Shown here piece by piece: positions 1-10,033 of a stretch of 64,000 bases of DNA (positions within the stretch are counted from its first letter, which is position 1; every line of letters begins with the position of its first letter). A program made the translations under genes and the position numbers. The notes under the pieces are model-generated. The model saw nothing but the letters and a program-made list of their open reading frames with translations. It was not told the origin of the DNA and made no database searches. The stretch comes from Candidatus Latescibacterota bacterium. Its GTDB lineage: Bacteria > JAAXHH01. The stretch lies in assembly GCA_022823465.1 (NCBI GenBank), contig JAJEHX010000042.1, positions 18,047 to 82,046 on the forward strand, in the 5' to 3' direction.

Positions 1-981
1 CGCCGTCTTCGGTCCTGGTGCCTTGGACTGGCCAGTGCCGTGCTACTGTTGCTGCCGAGCCTCGGAACCGGCGCGGAAGAGTCCGTGAGAGTCGCCCAGG
101 GCGTTCGATTTACGTTTGAACCCGCCGACGCGCCCTTCGTGGAACACGTGCTGGGCATCGTGCGCGAGGCGTCTCCTCACCTGCGCGCCACGCTGGGACT
201 GCCCGCCGCCGATACCATCCATATCCATATCGCCCCCACGCAGGAAGCTTTTCTGACCTACACGCCCGGCGCCATACCAGACTGGGGCGCGGGTTACGCC
301 GTGCCCGATCGAAGGCTTGTCGTACTCCGGTCCCCCCGGATAACCGGTACGTACGACGGTTCCAACGAACTCGTGGTACACGAACTGGCGCACGTGCTGC
401 TGCATAGCGCGCTGCGCGGCGTGGATATACCTCGCTGGCTGGACGAGGGATTCGCCATGCACATGGCGCGGGAATGGGGATTCTGGGACCGGGCCTCCCT
501 GGTGGTCGCCGTAGTTTCCGGAAACCTGGTCTCCCTGGGCGCCATCCAGGGCGTGAACACGTTTCCCGAACATCGGGCCCAACTGGCCTATCAGGAAAGC
601 GCCCTCGCCGTGCAGTACATACTCCGGCGATACGGTGAAGCGGGACTGCACAACCTGTTCGACCGCCTGAGGCTGACCGGCTCCATCGACCAGGCCTGTT
701 TTGACGCCTTTGGCGTGAGTATCGTGGGCTTCGAGCGGGACTGGCTGGCGTACATGGAGCGCAATTACGGCTGGCGCATGGTGCTCGGCGAAAGCCTGAC
801 CATCGTGATCGCGCCGCTGTTCGGCGTACTATGTCTTCTCGCGTTCCTGCAGATCCGAAGGCGAAGGAGGGCCACGCTGCGTCGCTGGGCGCGGGAAGAG
901 GTGGACGACTGGCACCCTGACGAAGACGACTGGCGAAGGAAGAATGAAGAGTGGGTCACATCCAGAGAGCGGGACGATTGA
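1..981 (+). CDS. Putative zinc metalloprotease (peptidase MA-like, HExxH) with C-terminal TM anchor; 5' end probably outside window
   Basis: Open frame runs from base 1 through GTG at 40. The N-terminus reads like a signal peptide. HELAHVLLH zinc-binding motif. A hydrophobic segment plus Arg-rich tail lies near the C-terminus. Confidence 0.5.
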   Translation, partial: RRLRSWCLGLASAVLLLLPSLGTGAEESVRVAQGVRFTFEPADAPFVEHVLGIVREASPHLRATLGLPAADTIHIHIAPTQEAFLTYTPGAIPDWGAGYAVPDRRLVVLRSPRITGTYDGSNELVVHELAHVLLHSALRGVDIPRWLDEGFAMHMAREWGFWDRASLVVAVVSGNLVSLGAIQGVNTFPEHRAQLAYQESALAVQYILRRYGEAGLHNLFDRLRLTGSIDQACFDAFGVSIVGFERDWLAYMERNYGWRMVLGESLTIVIAPLFGVLCLLAFLQIRRRRRATLRRWAREEVDDWHPDEDDWRRKNEEWVTSRERDD

Positions 982-1069
982 TCGCTCGCTCCGTCAGCAC
1001 CTTAACTGGAACCGCAATGTCCAACGTGGTGCTCTTGATTGATCGTGTGCGAATGAGAACCCGTTTCGA

Positions 1070-1975
1070 ATGAAGCTTTCGCATTTGGTCGAATACGCGG
1101 GACTCCGGCTGTTGATGTCGCTGGCAACGCGGCTTTCTCCTGTCCTGGCAACGCGGGCAGGCGACATACTGGGAGACCTGGTCTTCTATGTGACCGGTAT
1201 GAGGAAGAAGCTGGTCATGGAGCACCTGGGACGCGTTTACGGAGATACCGGGGACGGCGCCACCCCGCGGAGCAGGGCCCGGTCCGTGTACCGCCAGTTG
1301 GGCCGTACCGCCGTGGAACACGCCCGGTTGCTCGCGGGTAAGACGTCGGACCTGCGGGACCGTCTGACCATCTCGGGAGAGGAACACATCGCCCGCGCCC
1401 GCCAGGAGGGTCGCGGGGTCATTCTGATCACCGGCCATTTCGGTTACTGGGAGTTGCTTGGCGCGACGGTCGCCTTGCTCGGCTATCCCATCACCGTCGT
1501 CGCAAAGAAGTTGCACAATCCCGCCGTCGACCGTCTGATGCTCAAGGGGCGCGAGCGACTGGGGATGAAAGTGACGAACATGGACTCGGCAGCACCCGTG
1601 ATGCTGCGGGCGCTGCGGCGCAACGAATGCATCGGGCTGCTCGCGGACCAGGACGCCGGTCCCGGCGGCGTTTTCGTCGAGTTCCTGGGATTAAGGGCGT
1701 CCACCTACCAGGGACCGGCGCTCTTCGCCTTGCGCACGGGCGCTCTCATCGTGCCGTGTTTCATCATTCGTTCCGGTCCGGAACGCCACCGTGTCTGTTT
1801 CGAGGCTCCGATCGAAGCGACTCCGACAGGCGATGAACCGGCCGACATCGCGCGGATTACCCAGGCTTACACGGACGTACTGGCCCGATATATCCTGGAT
1901 TATCCCGATCACTGGTTCTGGGTACACCGGCGATGGAAGACTCCGGTGCCCGCCGATTCAAGTCACGTTCAGTAA
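1070..1975 (+). CDS. Lipid A biosynthesis acyltransferase (LpxL/HtrB lysophospholipid acyltransferase family)
   Basis: 301 aa. N-terminal membrane anchor. ITGHFGYWE motif and overall length/profile typical of Kdo2-lipid IVA acyltransferases. ATG at 1070. Confidence 0.7.
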   Translation: MKLSHLVEYAGLRLLMSLATRLSPVLATRAGDILGDLVFYVTGMRKKLVMEHLGRVYGDTGDGATPRSRARSVYRQLGRTAVEHARLLAGKTSDLRDRLTISGEEHIARARQEGRGVILITGHFGYWELLGATVALLGYPITVVAKKLHNPAVDRLMLKGRERLGMKVTNMDSAAPVMLRALRRNECIGLLADQDAGPGGVFVEFLGLRASTYQGPALFALRTGALIVPCFIIRSGPERHRVCFEAPIEATPTGDEPADIARITQAYTDVLARYILDYPDHWFWVHRRWKTPVPADSSHVQ

Positions 1976-1989
1976 AGGAGACCTGTTCC

Positions 1990-2655
1990 ATGTCACGTCA
2001 CCAGCTCATCTCCATTTGTGCGGTTTTCCTCTTCGGTGTCGTCGCGGCCTGCGGAAACGGAGGAGAGCAGTCCGATCCACGGTCGTCGAATCCGCCTGCC
2101 GATCCTCCCCCGCCGGCGACGGTTCCTGCCGTCGCGGAGAGACCGGATGCCCCTGCTCCGGTGCAAACCCAGGGAGAAGTTGCAACGGGCGCAGCCGCGG
2201 GAGTCGCCTGGACCGTGCCCCCTCGCTGGGAGGTACAGCCACCCCGGACGATGCGCGTGGCGACCTATCTGATCCCCGAGGCCGAAGGCGACGACGAACC
2301 CGGCGAATGCGCCGTGTTCTTTTTCGGCCAGGGGCAGGGAGGCAGTGTCGACCTGAACCTGCAGCGTTGGCGGGACCAGTTCGAGACCGAGTCCGGGGGG
2401 CCGCCCTCACCGGCCGAGCGGAAATCGACCATTAACGATCTGGCCGTGACCACGGTGTCCCTGGCGGGCACGTACCTCGCCTCCATGGGTCCCATGTTCC
2501 AGTCCGGCGCCGTGAAAAAACCAGGCTACAAGATGCTCGGCGCCATTATCGAAGCGCCGGAAGGCAACGTGTTCGTCAAGCTCACCGGACCGGAAAAGAC
2601 GGTCCTGAGCGCAGAAGGCGAGTTCCAGGATCTTCTGAATTCGCTCAGGAAATAA
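1990..2655 (+). CDS. Hypothetical lipoprotein
   Basis: ATG at 1990 is preceded by AAGGAG. Signal peptide with lipobox (VVAAC). Pro-rich linker. The longer ORF from 1933 overlaps the upstream gene and was trimmed. Confidence 0.55.
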   Translation: MSRHQLISICAVFLFGVVAACGNGGEQSDPRSSNPPADPPPPATVPAVAERPDAPAPVQTQGEVATGAAAGVAWTVPPRWEVQPPRTMRVATYLIPEAEGDDEPGECAVFFFGQGQGGSVDLNLQRWRDQFETESGGPPSPAERKSTINDLAVTTVSLAGTYLASMGPMFQSGAVKKPGYKMLGAIIEAPEGNVFVKLTGPEKTVLSAEGEFQDLLNSLRK

Positions 2656-2705
2656 CTGCAAGTGATAGTGCGGGCGCCTTACAGCCTGCGTTTGGACCAG
2701 GAACC

Positions 2706-3752
2706 TTGAGCGGCTTGAGCATACTCGTCATACAGACCGCTTTCGTGGGCGACGTCGTGCTGTCCACTCCTTTGTTCGAAGCGGCCAGGACGCGGCTGGG
2801 CACCGGCCGCGTCGGAGCCGTCGTACGGCCCGAAACGGCCGACCTGCTGCGAAACAACCCCCACGTAGACGATATCGTCATCTATGACAAGCAAGGTGGG
2901 CAAAAAGGGCCCCTGGAACTGCTTCGCCTCGCCGGCAAGTTGCGCGGGGCTTCCTACGATGCGGCGGTGATTCCTCACCGATCGTTCCGAAGCGCGCTGC
3001 TGGGTTATCTGGCGGGTATACCCATCCGCGTGGGTTTCGATCGGAGCGCGGGGAAGCTGTTCCTGACGGAGCGGATCTCCTACCGGTCCGTCCACGAGGT
3101 CGAACGCAACCTGGCGCTCCTCGCTTCGTTGGGAGTGGATACGGACGGGATTCGTCCCGCCCTTTACCCGGACGATGCGGATCGTGAACGGGTGGATGCA
3201 CTGATGCGTGATTCGGGCGTTGCGCGGACCGAACCGATTTGCGGCGTGAGTCCCGGTTCGGTCTGGGCGACCAAGCGCTGGCTGCCCGGCGGGTATGCGG
3301 ATCTGATCCGCCTTCTCGCCGAAGCATACGGTTATCGTTCCGTGCTCTTCGGCAGTTCCGGGGACCGGCCGCTTTGCACCGAAATCGCCACCGAATCCGG
3401 TGTCGACCCGTTGAACGCGGCCGGACAGTTGACCCTGCTGCAATCGGCTGCCCTCGCCGCGCGTTGCTCCGTTTTCGTTTCTAACGACACCGGCATGGGC
3501 CACGTGGCCGCCGCCATGAACGTGCCCGTCGCAGCCGTCTTCGGACCCACCGTTCCCGCATTCGGCTTTGTCCCTTATGGAGAAGGACACCAGGTCGTCG
3601 AAGCCGCCATGGACTGCCGGCCATGCAGTGCCCATGGCGGAGACCGGTGTCCCATCGGCACCCATGACTGTATGCGCGGCATCGCCGTGGAGCGGGTTAT
3701 GGAAGCCGTGGCCGTTCAACTCGGGAAACCTGAACCACCCGTTATAGACTGA
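2706..3752 (+). CDS. Glycosyltransferase family 9 (ADP-heptose:LPS heptosyltransferase-like)
   Basis: 348 aa with TTG start. N-terminal ILVIQTAFVGDVV, central GVSPGSVWATKRWLP, and C-terminal FVSNDTGMGHVAAAMNVPVAAVFGPT are typical GT9 heptosyltransferase motifs. Confidence 0.75.
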   Translation: MSGLSILVIQTAFVGDVVLSTPLFEAARTRLGTGRVGAVVRPETADLLRNNPHVDDIVIYDKQGGQKGPLELLRLAGKLRGASYDAAVIPHRSFRSALLGYLAGIPIRVGFDRSAGKLFLTERISYRSVHEVERNLALLASLGVDTDGIRPALYPDDADRERVDALMRDSGVARTEPICGVSPGSVWATKRWLPGGYADLIRLLAEAYGYRSVLFGSSGDRPLCTEIATESGVDPLNAAGQLTLLQSAALAARCSVFVSNDTGMGHVAAAMNVPVAAVFGPTVPAFGFVPYGEGHQVVEAAMDCRPCSAHGGDRCPIGTHDCMRGIAVERVMEAVAVQLGKPEPPVID

Positions 3753-3764
3753 TTCGGAAAAGAC

Positions 3765-4799
3765 ATGCGCATCGGCATCATCGGCCTCATCAACCACGAT
3801 ACCATCTACATGACCGGCGGCCGTCAGATTCAGGATCTCGGCGGCATATTGTACAATACGACCGTAATGGCCGACCTGGTCGGCAACGGCGACCGGGTGT
3901 ATCCCATCAGCCGCATCGGGGCCGACTGTTACGACGATTTGCGCCGCATCCTGGCGTCCCGTCCTGGCGTCGATATTTCCGGGGTCGCGTTGGCGAAGGA
4001 AGGCACCAGCCGAAACCAGATCCGATACGACGAAACCATGGAAAAAGTCGAGCAACTGACGAACCGCGTCGGCCCCATTACCTTTGAGCAGATCGAACCA
4101 TTCCTGGACCTCGACGCCCTGCTGGTCAATTTCATCGTCGGCGACGATATTACCCTGGAGACCATGGAAGCCATACGGGCCGGCGCTTCCGGGTTGCTGT
4201 ACCTGGACGTGCACAACCTCTGCCTGGGTATCGACGCAGAGGGGTACCGGCGAAGACGGGCGCCGGAAGAATGGCAACGATGGATAGCAATGTTCGATGT
4301 CGTCCAGATGAATGAAGTGGAGGCCCGTCTGCTGGCCGGCGCGGGTGCCGAAGCGGCGGCATCGGGCGGACCAGGCGAGTCGGGTGAACCGGTCCGGCCA
4401 AGCGCAGCTGGAGGGCCTGGCGGGCCCGACGGACGAGACGGACTAGGCGGACTAGGCGGACCGCTGGAAGCGGAGGATGATTTTATCGCCTTCGGACGGT
4501 CGATTACTGCGCTTGGTCCCGCTGTATGCATAACTACCCGGGGCGGCCTCGGTCCCATCACGGTCTATCGCGAGGACGGGGACAATGAAGCTGCCGCCTG
4601 TGTCGTCCCGTCGGCGCCGGTCCGGGAAGTGGTGGACACCACCGGCTGCGGGGACGCCTTTGCCGCCGGCTTCGTAATCGAATACCTGACTTCAAAAGAT
4701 CCGGACCGGGCGACCCGTCTCGCGAACCGGGTCGCAAGCGTGAACTGCACCGTCGCGGGGCTGCCGAAGAGAGGAACGTTCGACGATGTCCGTATCTGA
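3765..4799 (+). CDS. PfkB-family carbohydrate kinase with a Gly/Pro-rich low-complexity insert
   Basis: N-terminal ribokinase-like fold. C-terminal DTTGCGDAFAAGF anion-hole/ATP motif. A roughly 45-aa insertion is rich in GGPGG. Confidence 0.75.
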   Translation: MRIGIIGLINHDTIYMTGGRQIQDLGGILYNTTVMADLVGNGDRVYPISRIGADCYDDLRRILASRPGVDISGVALAKEGTSRNQIRYDETMEKVEQLTNRVGPITFEQIEPFLDLDALLVNFIVGDDITLETMEAIRAGASGLLYLDVHNLCLGIDAEGYRRRRAPEEWQRWIAMFDVVQMNEVEARLLAGAGAEAAASGGPGESGEPVRPSAAGGPGGPDGRDGLGGLGGPLEAEDDFIAFGRSITALGPAVCITTRGGLGPITVYREDGDNEAAACVVPSAPVREVVDTTGCGDAFAAGFVIEYLTSKDPDRATRLANRVASVNCTVAGLPKRGTFDDVRI

Positions 4800-5520
4800 T
4801 GAAACCGTTGTCATCCTTTTCCGCGGTGGTCGTTTGCCGGAGTGGCATCAACTCGAAAAGGCCCGGCGGACCGACTACGAGCGCCAGCACGTTGACCTGA
4901 TGCTGTCGGTCTCCGAGCGCCACGGCCTGATCGGCCTGCACGGATATCGTCTGCTGGGACCCCGCGGCAGTTGGGAGCGGTTCTGGACCATCGAATTCCC
5001 GGATCTTGCCGGCGCCGAGGCCTGGATGTCGGCCGAAGCGGAACCGCCATACGGAAGCTACGGTTTCTACGACTATACTCTTGCCCGACGCTGGCGACCG
5101 GAGGGCCTTAACTGGCTGCCGCGCAAGCCGGAACCTCCCGTTTCTCCGGGAGTCGACCCGCACACGATCCCGATCCTGTCCGCCGATCCTTCATCGATCG
5201 TCCTGCTGGCCTTCGGCGGCCGGCACCGAGGTACAGACCAGGATGACCCCGGGGAGCACAACGAAGAGAGATGGCGACGAATGCGGAAGGTAAGCCGGGA
5301 CCACAACCTCATCCATGGCGAGGTCTTCCGACTGATGGGAGCCAGCGTCCGTGGCGAATTCGCCTGGATCCTGGAATTCCCCGACCTGGCAGGCGTCGGG
5401 GTCTGGATCGATGCGGAGACGGCACCGCCGCTGGCGGCCGGTCAGAAACACGACTTCCAAGTCGCCAGACGCTGGGCGCCGGAGTACTTCACCACGTGGC
5501 CTCCGGGACGGGGAGGGTGA
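4786..5520 (+). CDS. Hypothetical protein built from two tandem homologous domains
   Basis: ATG at 4786 with AGAGAGGA RBS. Internal duplication: (W)ERFWTIEFPDLAGAEAWMSAEAEPPYG and EFAWILEFPDLAGVGVWIDAETAPPLA. Confidence 0.5.
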   Translation: MSVSDETVVILFRGGRLPEWHQLEKARRTDYERQHVDLMLSVSERHGLIGLHGYRLLGPRGSWERFWTIEFPDLAGAEAWMSAEAEPPYGSYGFYDYTLARRWRPEGLNWLPRKPEPPVSPGVDPHTIPILSADPSSIVLLAFGGRHRGTDQDDPGEHNEERWRRMRKVSRDHNLIHGEVFRLMGASVRGEFAWILEFPDLAGVGVWIDAETAPPLAAGQKHDFQVARRWAPEYFTTWPPGRGG

Positions 5521-5572
5521 TACGGCGTTGGGTATTGGTCAAGGAGAGCAAAATGGAAAAGTAAACTGGCCT

Positions 5573-5782
5573 ATGGTAGGCGTTCAGGCAGTTTCTACTA
5601 TCGTGATCATCGTCATCACTCTGCTTACCTTTGCTTCTCAGGTCACTCAAGTACAAAGGGAAGAGATGAGCGTGGAATTTATGGAAATACGCGCTGATCT
5701 CAACGAGTTACGTTCCGAGTTCTCCGCACTGCGCCCGATTCAACCTGCAATCTGTACTCGATTCTTAATGTCCCGTGTGTAA
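5573..5782 (+). CDS. Possible small membrane/coiled-coil protein
   Basis: ATG at 5573. A hydrophobic helix (VSTIVIIVITLLTF) is followed by a charged helix. The region is AT-richer than its flanks. Weak RBS. Its 3' end overlaps the apbE 3' end convergently. Confidence 0.25.
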   Translation: MVGVQAVSTIVIIVITLLTFASQVTQVQREEMSVEFMEIRADLNELRSEFSALRPIQPAICTRFLMSRV

Positions 5783-6762
5783 GTCAACCGGCCCTGCCTA
5801 TCGATCCAGATTCCTTCGACGTGAGGTAAATCATCCAATAACCGTCGTGATTTTTCGACGCCCATGACATATGTCGCCGTTGCCAGGGCGTCCGCTGTCA
5901 TGGCATCGGGCGCAATGATCGTGGCGCTGACCACGTGGTCCGATGACATCCCCAGCCGTGGGTTGAGAATGTGCGCAATACGACGACCCTGCGCGATCCG
6001 ATAGTTCTCATAGCCCCCCGCTGTGGCAATGGCCTCGTCTTCGAGTTCGACCATGGCGCATAGTGCATCCGGGCGGTATGGTGCACGTATCCCGACGCGC
6101 CACAGGCGATTCGGTGCGGGCCGTCCCAGGGCGAAGATGTCTCCTCCGGCCGAAACCAGGCCATATCGGATGTTTTGGTCCCGCAACGCCCGAATCGCCC
6201 TATCCACGCCGTATCCTTTTGCTATCCCGCCGAAGTCCGCGCTATACCCGGCCGACGCGACCCGCGCTTCGCGCCCCTTCACCTGTAGCTGACGGAAATC
6301 GACTCGTTCGAGTAAACTTCGAAGCGAGGGGCGAGACCGGTTCGTGCCTTGACCGGGCAGTCCCGCGTCGTAAAATCCCCAGTGCCGCATAATGGGCAAT
6401 ACGGTCACGTCGAAAGCCCCGCCCGTCATCTCGCCGATCCTCCGGGCGGCCGACGCGACCCGGCTGAAGTGAGGCGACACTTCGTGCCAGTTTCCGGGGT
6501 CGTGGTTGACCAGTGAGAGTTCGCTGCGGACCCGATAGACGCTGAGCAAGCGGTCGACCTCGGCCAGGGCATCGAAGGCTTGGATCGCCGACTCGCGATT
6601 GTACTCGTCTTCGGCAAGCATCAGTTCTATCGTCGTCCCCATGTGAAACTGATGGCGGCGAACGAATCGACGATCGGCGGAAGTCCCCGCGATGACGCCT
6701 GATGGCGCAAGCAACAAAGCCGAGGAAAGGCCGAGTGATTTGATGAAATTACGGCGATTCAT
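5740..6762 (-). CDS. apbE: FAD:protein FMN transferase ApbE (Tat-exported)
   Basis: Twin-arginine signal (RRNFIKSLGLSSALL). FHMGTTIEL and downstream ApbE-family conservation. Confidence 0.8.
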   Translation of the reverse strand: MNRRNFIKSLGLSSALLLAPSGVIAGTSADRRFVRRHQFHMGTTIELMLAEDEYNRESAIQAFDALAEVDRLLSVYRVRSELSLVNHDPGNWHEVSPHFSRVASAARRIGEMTGGAFDVTVLPIMRHWGFYDAGLPGQGTNRSRPSLRSLLERVDFRQLQVKGREARVASAGYSADFGGIAKGYGVDRAIRALRDQNIRYGLVSAGGDIFALGRPAPNRLWRVGIRAPYRPDALCAMVELEDEAIATAGGYENYRIAQGRRIAHILNPRLGMSSDHVVSATIIAPDAMTADALATATYVMGVEKSRRLLDDLPHVEGIWIDRQGRLTYTRDIKNRVQIAG

Positions 6763-6858
6763 GGTGGTTAGTGGATTTTATTAGGCACGCAGAATACGGG
6801 CCTCCGGGGCCAACCGATCCGATGGCCGAGTCGGGCTGACCTCGATAATGGTTGCTAG

Positions 6859-7482
6859 CTAACCCCGATGTGTAAACAGGAGTCTGTTGAGCGCGTCCAC
6901 TATGTGGATCGAGCTCTTCGTGGCGCCGGTGATTCCATCGACATTCTCACCGAGCACATAGGACGGTCCGTTGGACACTTCATTACGATCCGACGTGAAT
7001 TGTGCGAAGAACCTGGTCTCATCCTCAGCCGGCAACGGGTCGCCGGAGAGTTCAAGCGGTTCAAGCGCCTGAATCTCCTTGATCTCGCCGGCGGCATCGA
7101 GTGCGACGAGCAATCGAACGTTGTTGCACACGGGACAGCGCAGATCGTCCTGTACCTCGTAAACGTACCCTACAGGATCGTCCTGCCCGCCGAATATCAC
7201 GTAACGGTCGTATCCCCGGAAGTCCTCTTGCTTCCGGAATTCGGCCATGGGGAAAGTAATCGAGACAAACTCCAAAACCGTGCGTTCGTCGAGCGGGGGA
7301 AACAGGTTGGACGTGCCGGCCGCCTCATTCGATATCCCATAGAGCGATGGGGCGGACCCGACTACGTCGGTTCCAGCGGGTCCCATGAAGTAGACGAGAT
7401 TCACGGCTACGATTACCGCCCCGATCCCGAAGATCAACATCCTTGCCAATCGATTGTTTCTAAAATACCGTGTCATAGGCAA
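6859..7482 (-). CDS. FMN-binding domain protein (likely ApbE flavinylation substrate), membrane-anchored
   Basis: N-terminal signal anchor. C-terminal DGITGATKSS matches the [S/T]GA[T/S] flavinylation motif of NqrC/RnfG-type FMN-binding domains. CxxC (CPVC) present. Adjacent to apbE. Confidence 0.6.
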   Translation of the reverse strand: MPMTRYFRNNRLARMLIFGIGAVIVAVNLVYFMGPAGTDVVGSAPSLYGISNEAAGTSNLFPPLDERTVLEFVSITFPMAEFRKQEDFRGYDRYVIFGGQDDPVGYVYEVQDDLRCPVCNNVRLLVALDAAGEIKEIQALEPLELSGDPLPAEDETRFFAQFTSDRNEVSNGPSYVLGENVDGITGATKSSIHIVDALNRLLFTHRG

Positions 7483-7521
7483 GTCACCCGGCTGGACATC
7501 TGAAGAAGGACAAACGAAACG

Positions 7522-9966
7522 CTACTCGTATCTCAGTGCTTCGACGGGATTCGACCGCGCCGCCCTGAGGACGTGCAGACCGATCGTGGCCGTCGCAATG
7601 ACCAGTACGGCCAGGCCCGTGAGGAAGTAGAGCGCCGGGCTGGGCACGGTGCGATAGGCGAAATCCCGCAGCCAGCTGTCCATGACAAAGTAGACTATCG
7701 GCCAGGCAATAAAACTCCCCGCGACGGCCATGACCACGAACTCTTTCGACATTAGCCGAACGAGCTGCGGCCGGGTCGCGCCGAAGATTTTGCGCACGCC
7801 GATTTCCTTCGTGCGCTGGTGCATGGTAAGGGAGACCAGATTGAACAGTCCCAGAAAAGTTAGAACGATGGCAAGCAACGCGCATACTCCGAGGAGCGTG
7901 CCAAGACGCACTTCGGGCAGATACAGCCTGTCTATGTCGTCTTCGAGGAAGGAATAGAAAAGCGGAATCGCCGGGTAATGAGATTGCCAGACGCTATTGA
8001 GGTACTCGAGCGCAGAGGCCGTACTGCCCGGCTTCAAACGAACGCTCATGTGTTCCCCGAAAGTTCTGTATAGGAATACCATGGGCTCGACGGGCTGGTA
8101 GAGGGAACGAAAGTGGGTGTCCTGGACCACACCGACGACCCTGCCTCGGGTTACAGACCGTGGGTAGACCAGTTCAATCGGCTTGTCCAGGGCCTCTTCG
8201 GGGGAAGTCCATCCCAGATGTCGCACCGCCGTTTCATTCAGCACGATCTCGAGCACGGCGAACGGATTGAAAACCCTCATATCTCTTGGTTTCAGATTCG
8301 CCCCCAGCACCAGGTTCATGCCCAGCGTCTCGAAGAAGTCGTGTTCGACGTTCACTATGCGGATGGACGTGGACGCGGGGATATCGCTGCCGTCTCCTCT
8401 GCGAACCATGGTTTCCCCAATCATTCCCCGCCCCGGCGCGAGTCCGGGTACGTAGTCCGACAGGGAAACACCCTGGATATACGGTGACTGAAGCAACTCA
8501 TTCTGGAATCCCTCGGACGATCTCATGCTAAACTGTTGGGAACCTTCGGAGGATTCCTGTTTATCGGTATCCACGAAGAATCCCGATATGAGTGGAACGA
8601 TCAACATGTCGGACTTTTCGAAGCCCGGAGGTTCGTTCATCATGTACCGCAACTGACTGTACACCACGCCCGTACTGGTGATCAGGATCACGGAGAGAGT
8701 GAACTGCACGGTGATGAGCACCCGCTTGACGAAAGGATAATCGATCGCCTGGCTCAACCGGCGGCTCAGGGCGTCCATCGGTCGGAATCCGGACAGGACC
8801 ATGGCCGGGAAGCTTCCCGACAACGCGCCCACCAGTACCGAGATGGCGATCAGGCCGAGCCAGACGTCGAGATGCTGCATCAGGTCCATGGACAGCGTCT
8901 TCCCGGTCACGGCGTTGAAGGCCGGCAGCGCAAGGCGGGCCAGCAGAACGGCGAGGACCAGCACCAGTCCCGATATCATTATCGAACCGCTCAGGTACTG
9001 CACGACGATACGGGAACGGTTCGCGCCGAACACCTTCATGAGGCCCACTTCCTTCGCACGGGCGGTCGACTGGACCATGGAGAGATTGATGAAATTGATG
9101 CAGGCGATCAGCAGCAGGAAAACGGCCCCCGTCATGAGGGTGTAGAGGTGTGCCATACTGCTGTTTGTTTCGAGTTCGTTGAGGAGATTCGAGCGCAGGT
9201 GTATCGAGGTAAGCGGCTGGAGGGAGAACCGGTAGTCCCGGAGACTCTGTGGGTTTGCGGGCCTGATCTCGGAATCGAAGTATGCCTGAAACTTGGACGT
9301 CAGGTCAGGAGCGAGACTCCGATCGTTGAGGCGCAGATACGTATAGTAGGTCGCGCTCCACCAGTTGTCTATGAAGTCCAACTCAGGTCCAAAAGTCAGG
9401 AACATGTCCGAGGTGAAATGCGTGTGACCCGGGAAATCCTCCATGATGCCCGTGATGGTGAAGCTGTACGTGTTGTCCAGGCGCATGACCTCGCCCATGG
9501 GATCCGCGTCGCCGAAATACTTCCTGGCCATGGATTCCGAGATGACGGCTCTGTTCTGCCCCTCCAGCGCGGTTTCGGGATTCCCCTTGAGCAGGGGTAT
9601 GGTGAATACGTCGAACAGCGAAGGCTCGGTCCAGTAGACGCGGTCTTCGTAGAACTCACGGTCGCCGAACCGAATGAGCCATATGGCCCGGGTCGCCCGC
9701 ATGCGCACGGCGCTTGTGACTTCCGGGAAGTTCTGTTTCAGCGCGGAGCCCGCCGCGCCCGGCATGCGCGTGTTGTTGCCATGAATCAGCCGGAAGACCT
9801 GCGGAGCGTGTTTGTGGTGCGTATCATAGGACCATTCGTCCTTTATGTACAACAGCGTGAGTACGCATGCGGCCATGGCGATGGCCAGCCCCATGACGTT
9901 GACGATGGTATGGAATCTTTGTTTGAGGAAGGACCTCACGGTGATCGTGAGGTGGTGGGAGAACAT
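7522..9966 (-). CDS. ABC transporter permease, FtsX/MacB-like (duplicated FtsX domains)
   Basis: 814 aa. N-terminal TM followed by a large periplasmic domain, repeated twice. Typical MacB/FtsX-like topology and conserved C-terminal TM bundle. Confidence 0.85.
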   Translation of the reverse strand: MFSHHLTITVRSFLKQRFHTIVNVMGLAIAMAACVLTLLYIKDEWSYDTHHKHAPQVFRLIHGNNTRMPGAAGSALKQNFPEVTSAVRMRATRAIWLIRFGDREFYEDRVYWTEPSLFDVFTIPLLKGNPETALEGQNRAVISESMARKYFGDADPMGEVMRLDNTYSFTITGIMEDFPGHTHFTSDMFLTFGPELDFIDNWWSATYYTYLRLNDRSLAPDLTSKFQAYFDSEIRPANPQSLRDYRFSLQPLTSIHLRSNLLNELETNSSMAHLYTLMTGAVFLLLIACINFINLSMVQSTARAKEVGLMKVFGANRSRIVVQYLSGSIMISGLVLVLAVLLARLALPAFNAVTGKTLSMDLMQHLDVWLGLIAISVLVGALSGSFPAMVLSGFRPMDALSRRLSQAIDYPFVKRVLITVQFTLSVILITSTGVVYSQLRYMMNEPPGFEKSDMLIVPLISGFFVDTDKQESSEGSQQFSMRSSEGFQNELLQSPYIQGVSLSDYVPGLAPGRGMIGETMVRRGDGSDIPASTSIRIVNVEHDFFETLGMNLVLGANLKPRDMRVFNPFAVLEIVLNETAVRHLGWTSPEEALDKPIELVYPRSVTRGRVVGVVQDTHFRSLYQPVEPMVFLYRTFGEHMSVRLKPGSTASALEYLNSVWQSHYPAIPLFYSFLEDDIDRLYLPEVRLGTLLGVCALLAIVLTFLGLFNLVSLTMHQRTKEIGVRKIFGATRPQLVRLMSKEFVVMAVAGSFIAWPIVYFVMDSWLRDFAYRTVPSPALYFLTGLAVLVIATATIGLHVLRAARSNPVEALRYE

Positions 9967-10033
9967 ACGATCTGCACACTCTACGGCAAGGTACGTCCGT
10001 TTACGGGTCGATCAGGGTGTCTCGCGTTACACT

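Noticed and set aside
2679-4277. 532-aa minus-strand ORF spanning the GT9 and PfkB genes
   Set aside because: It crosses two independently well-supported plus-strand genes. Compositional antisense artefact.
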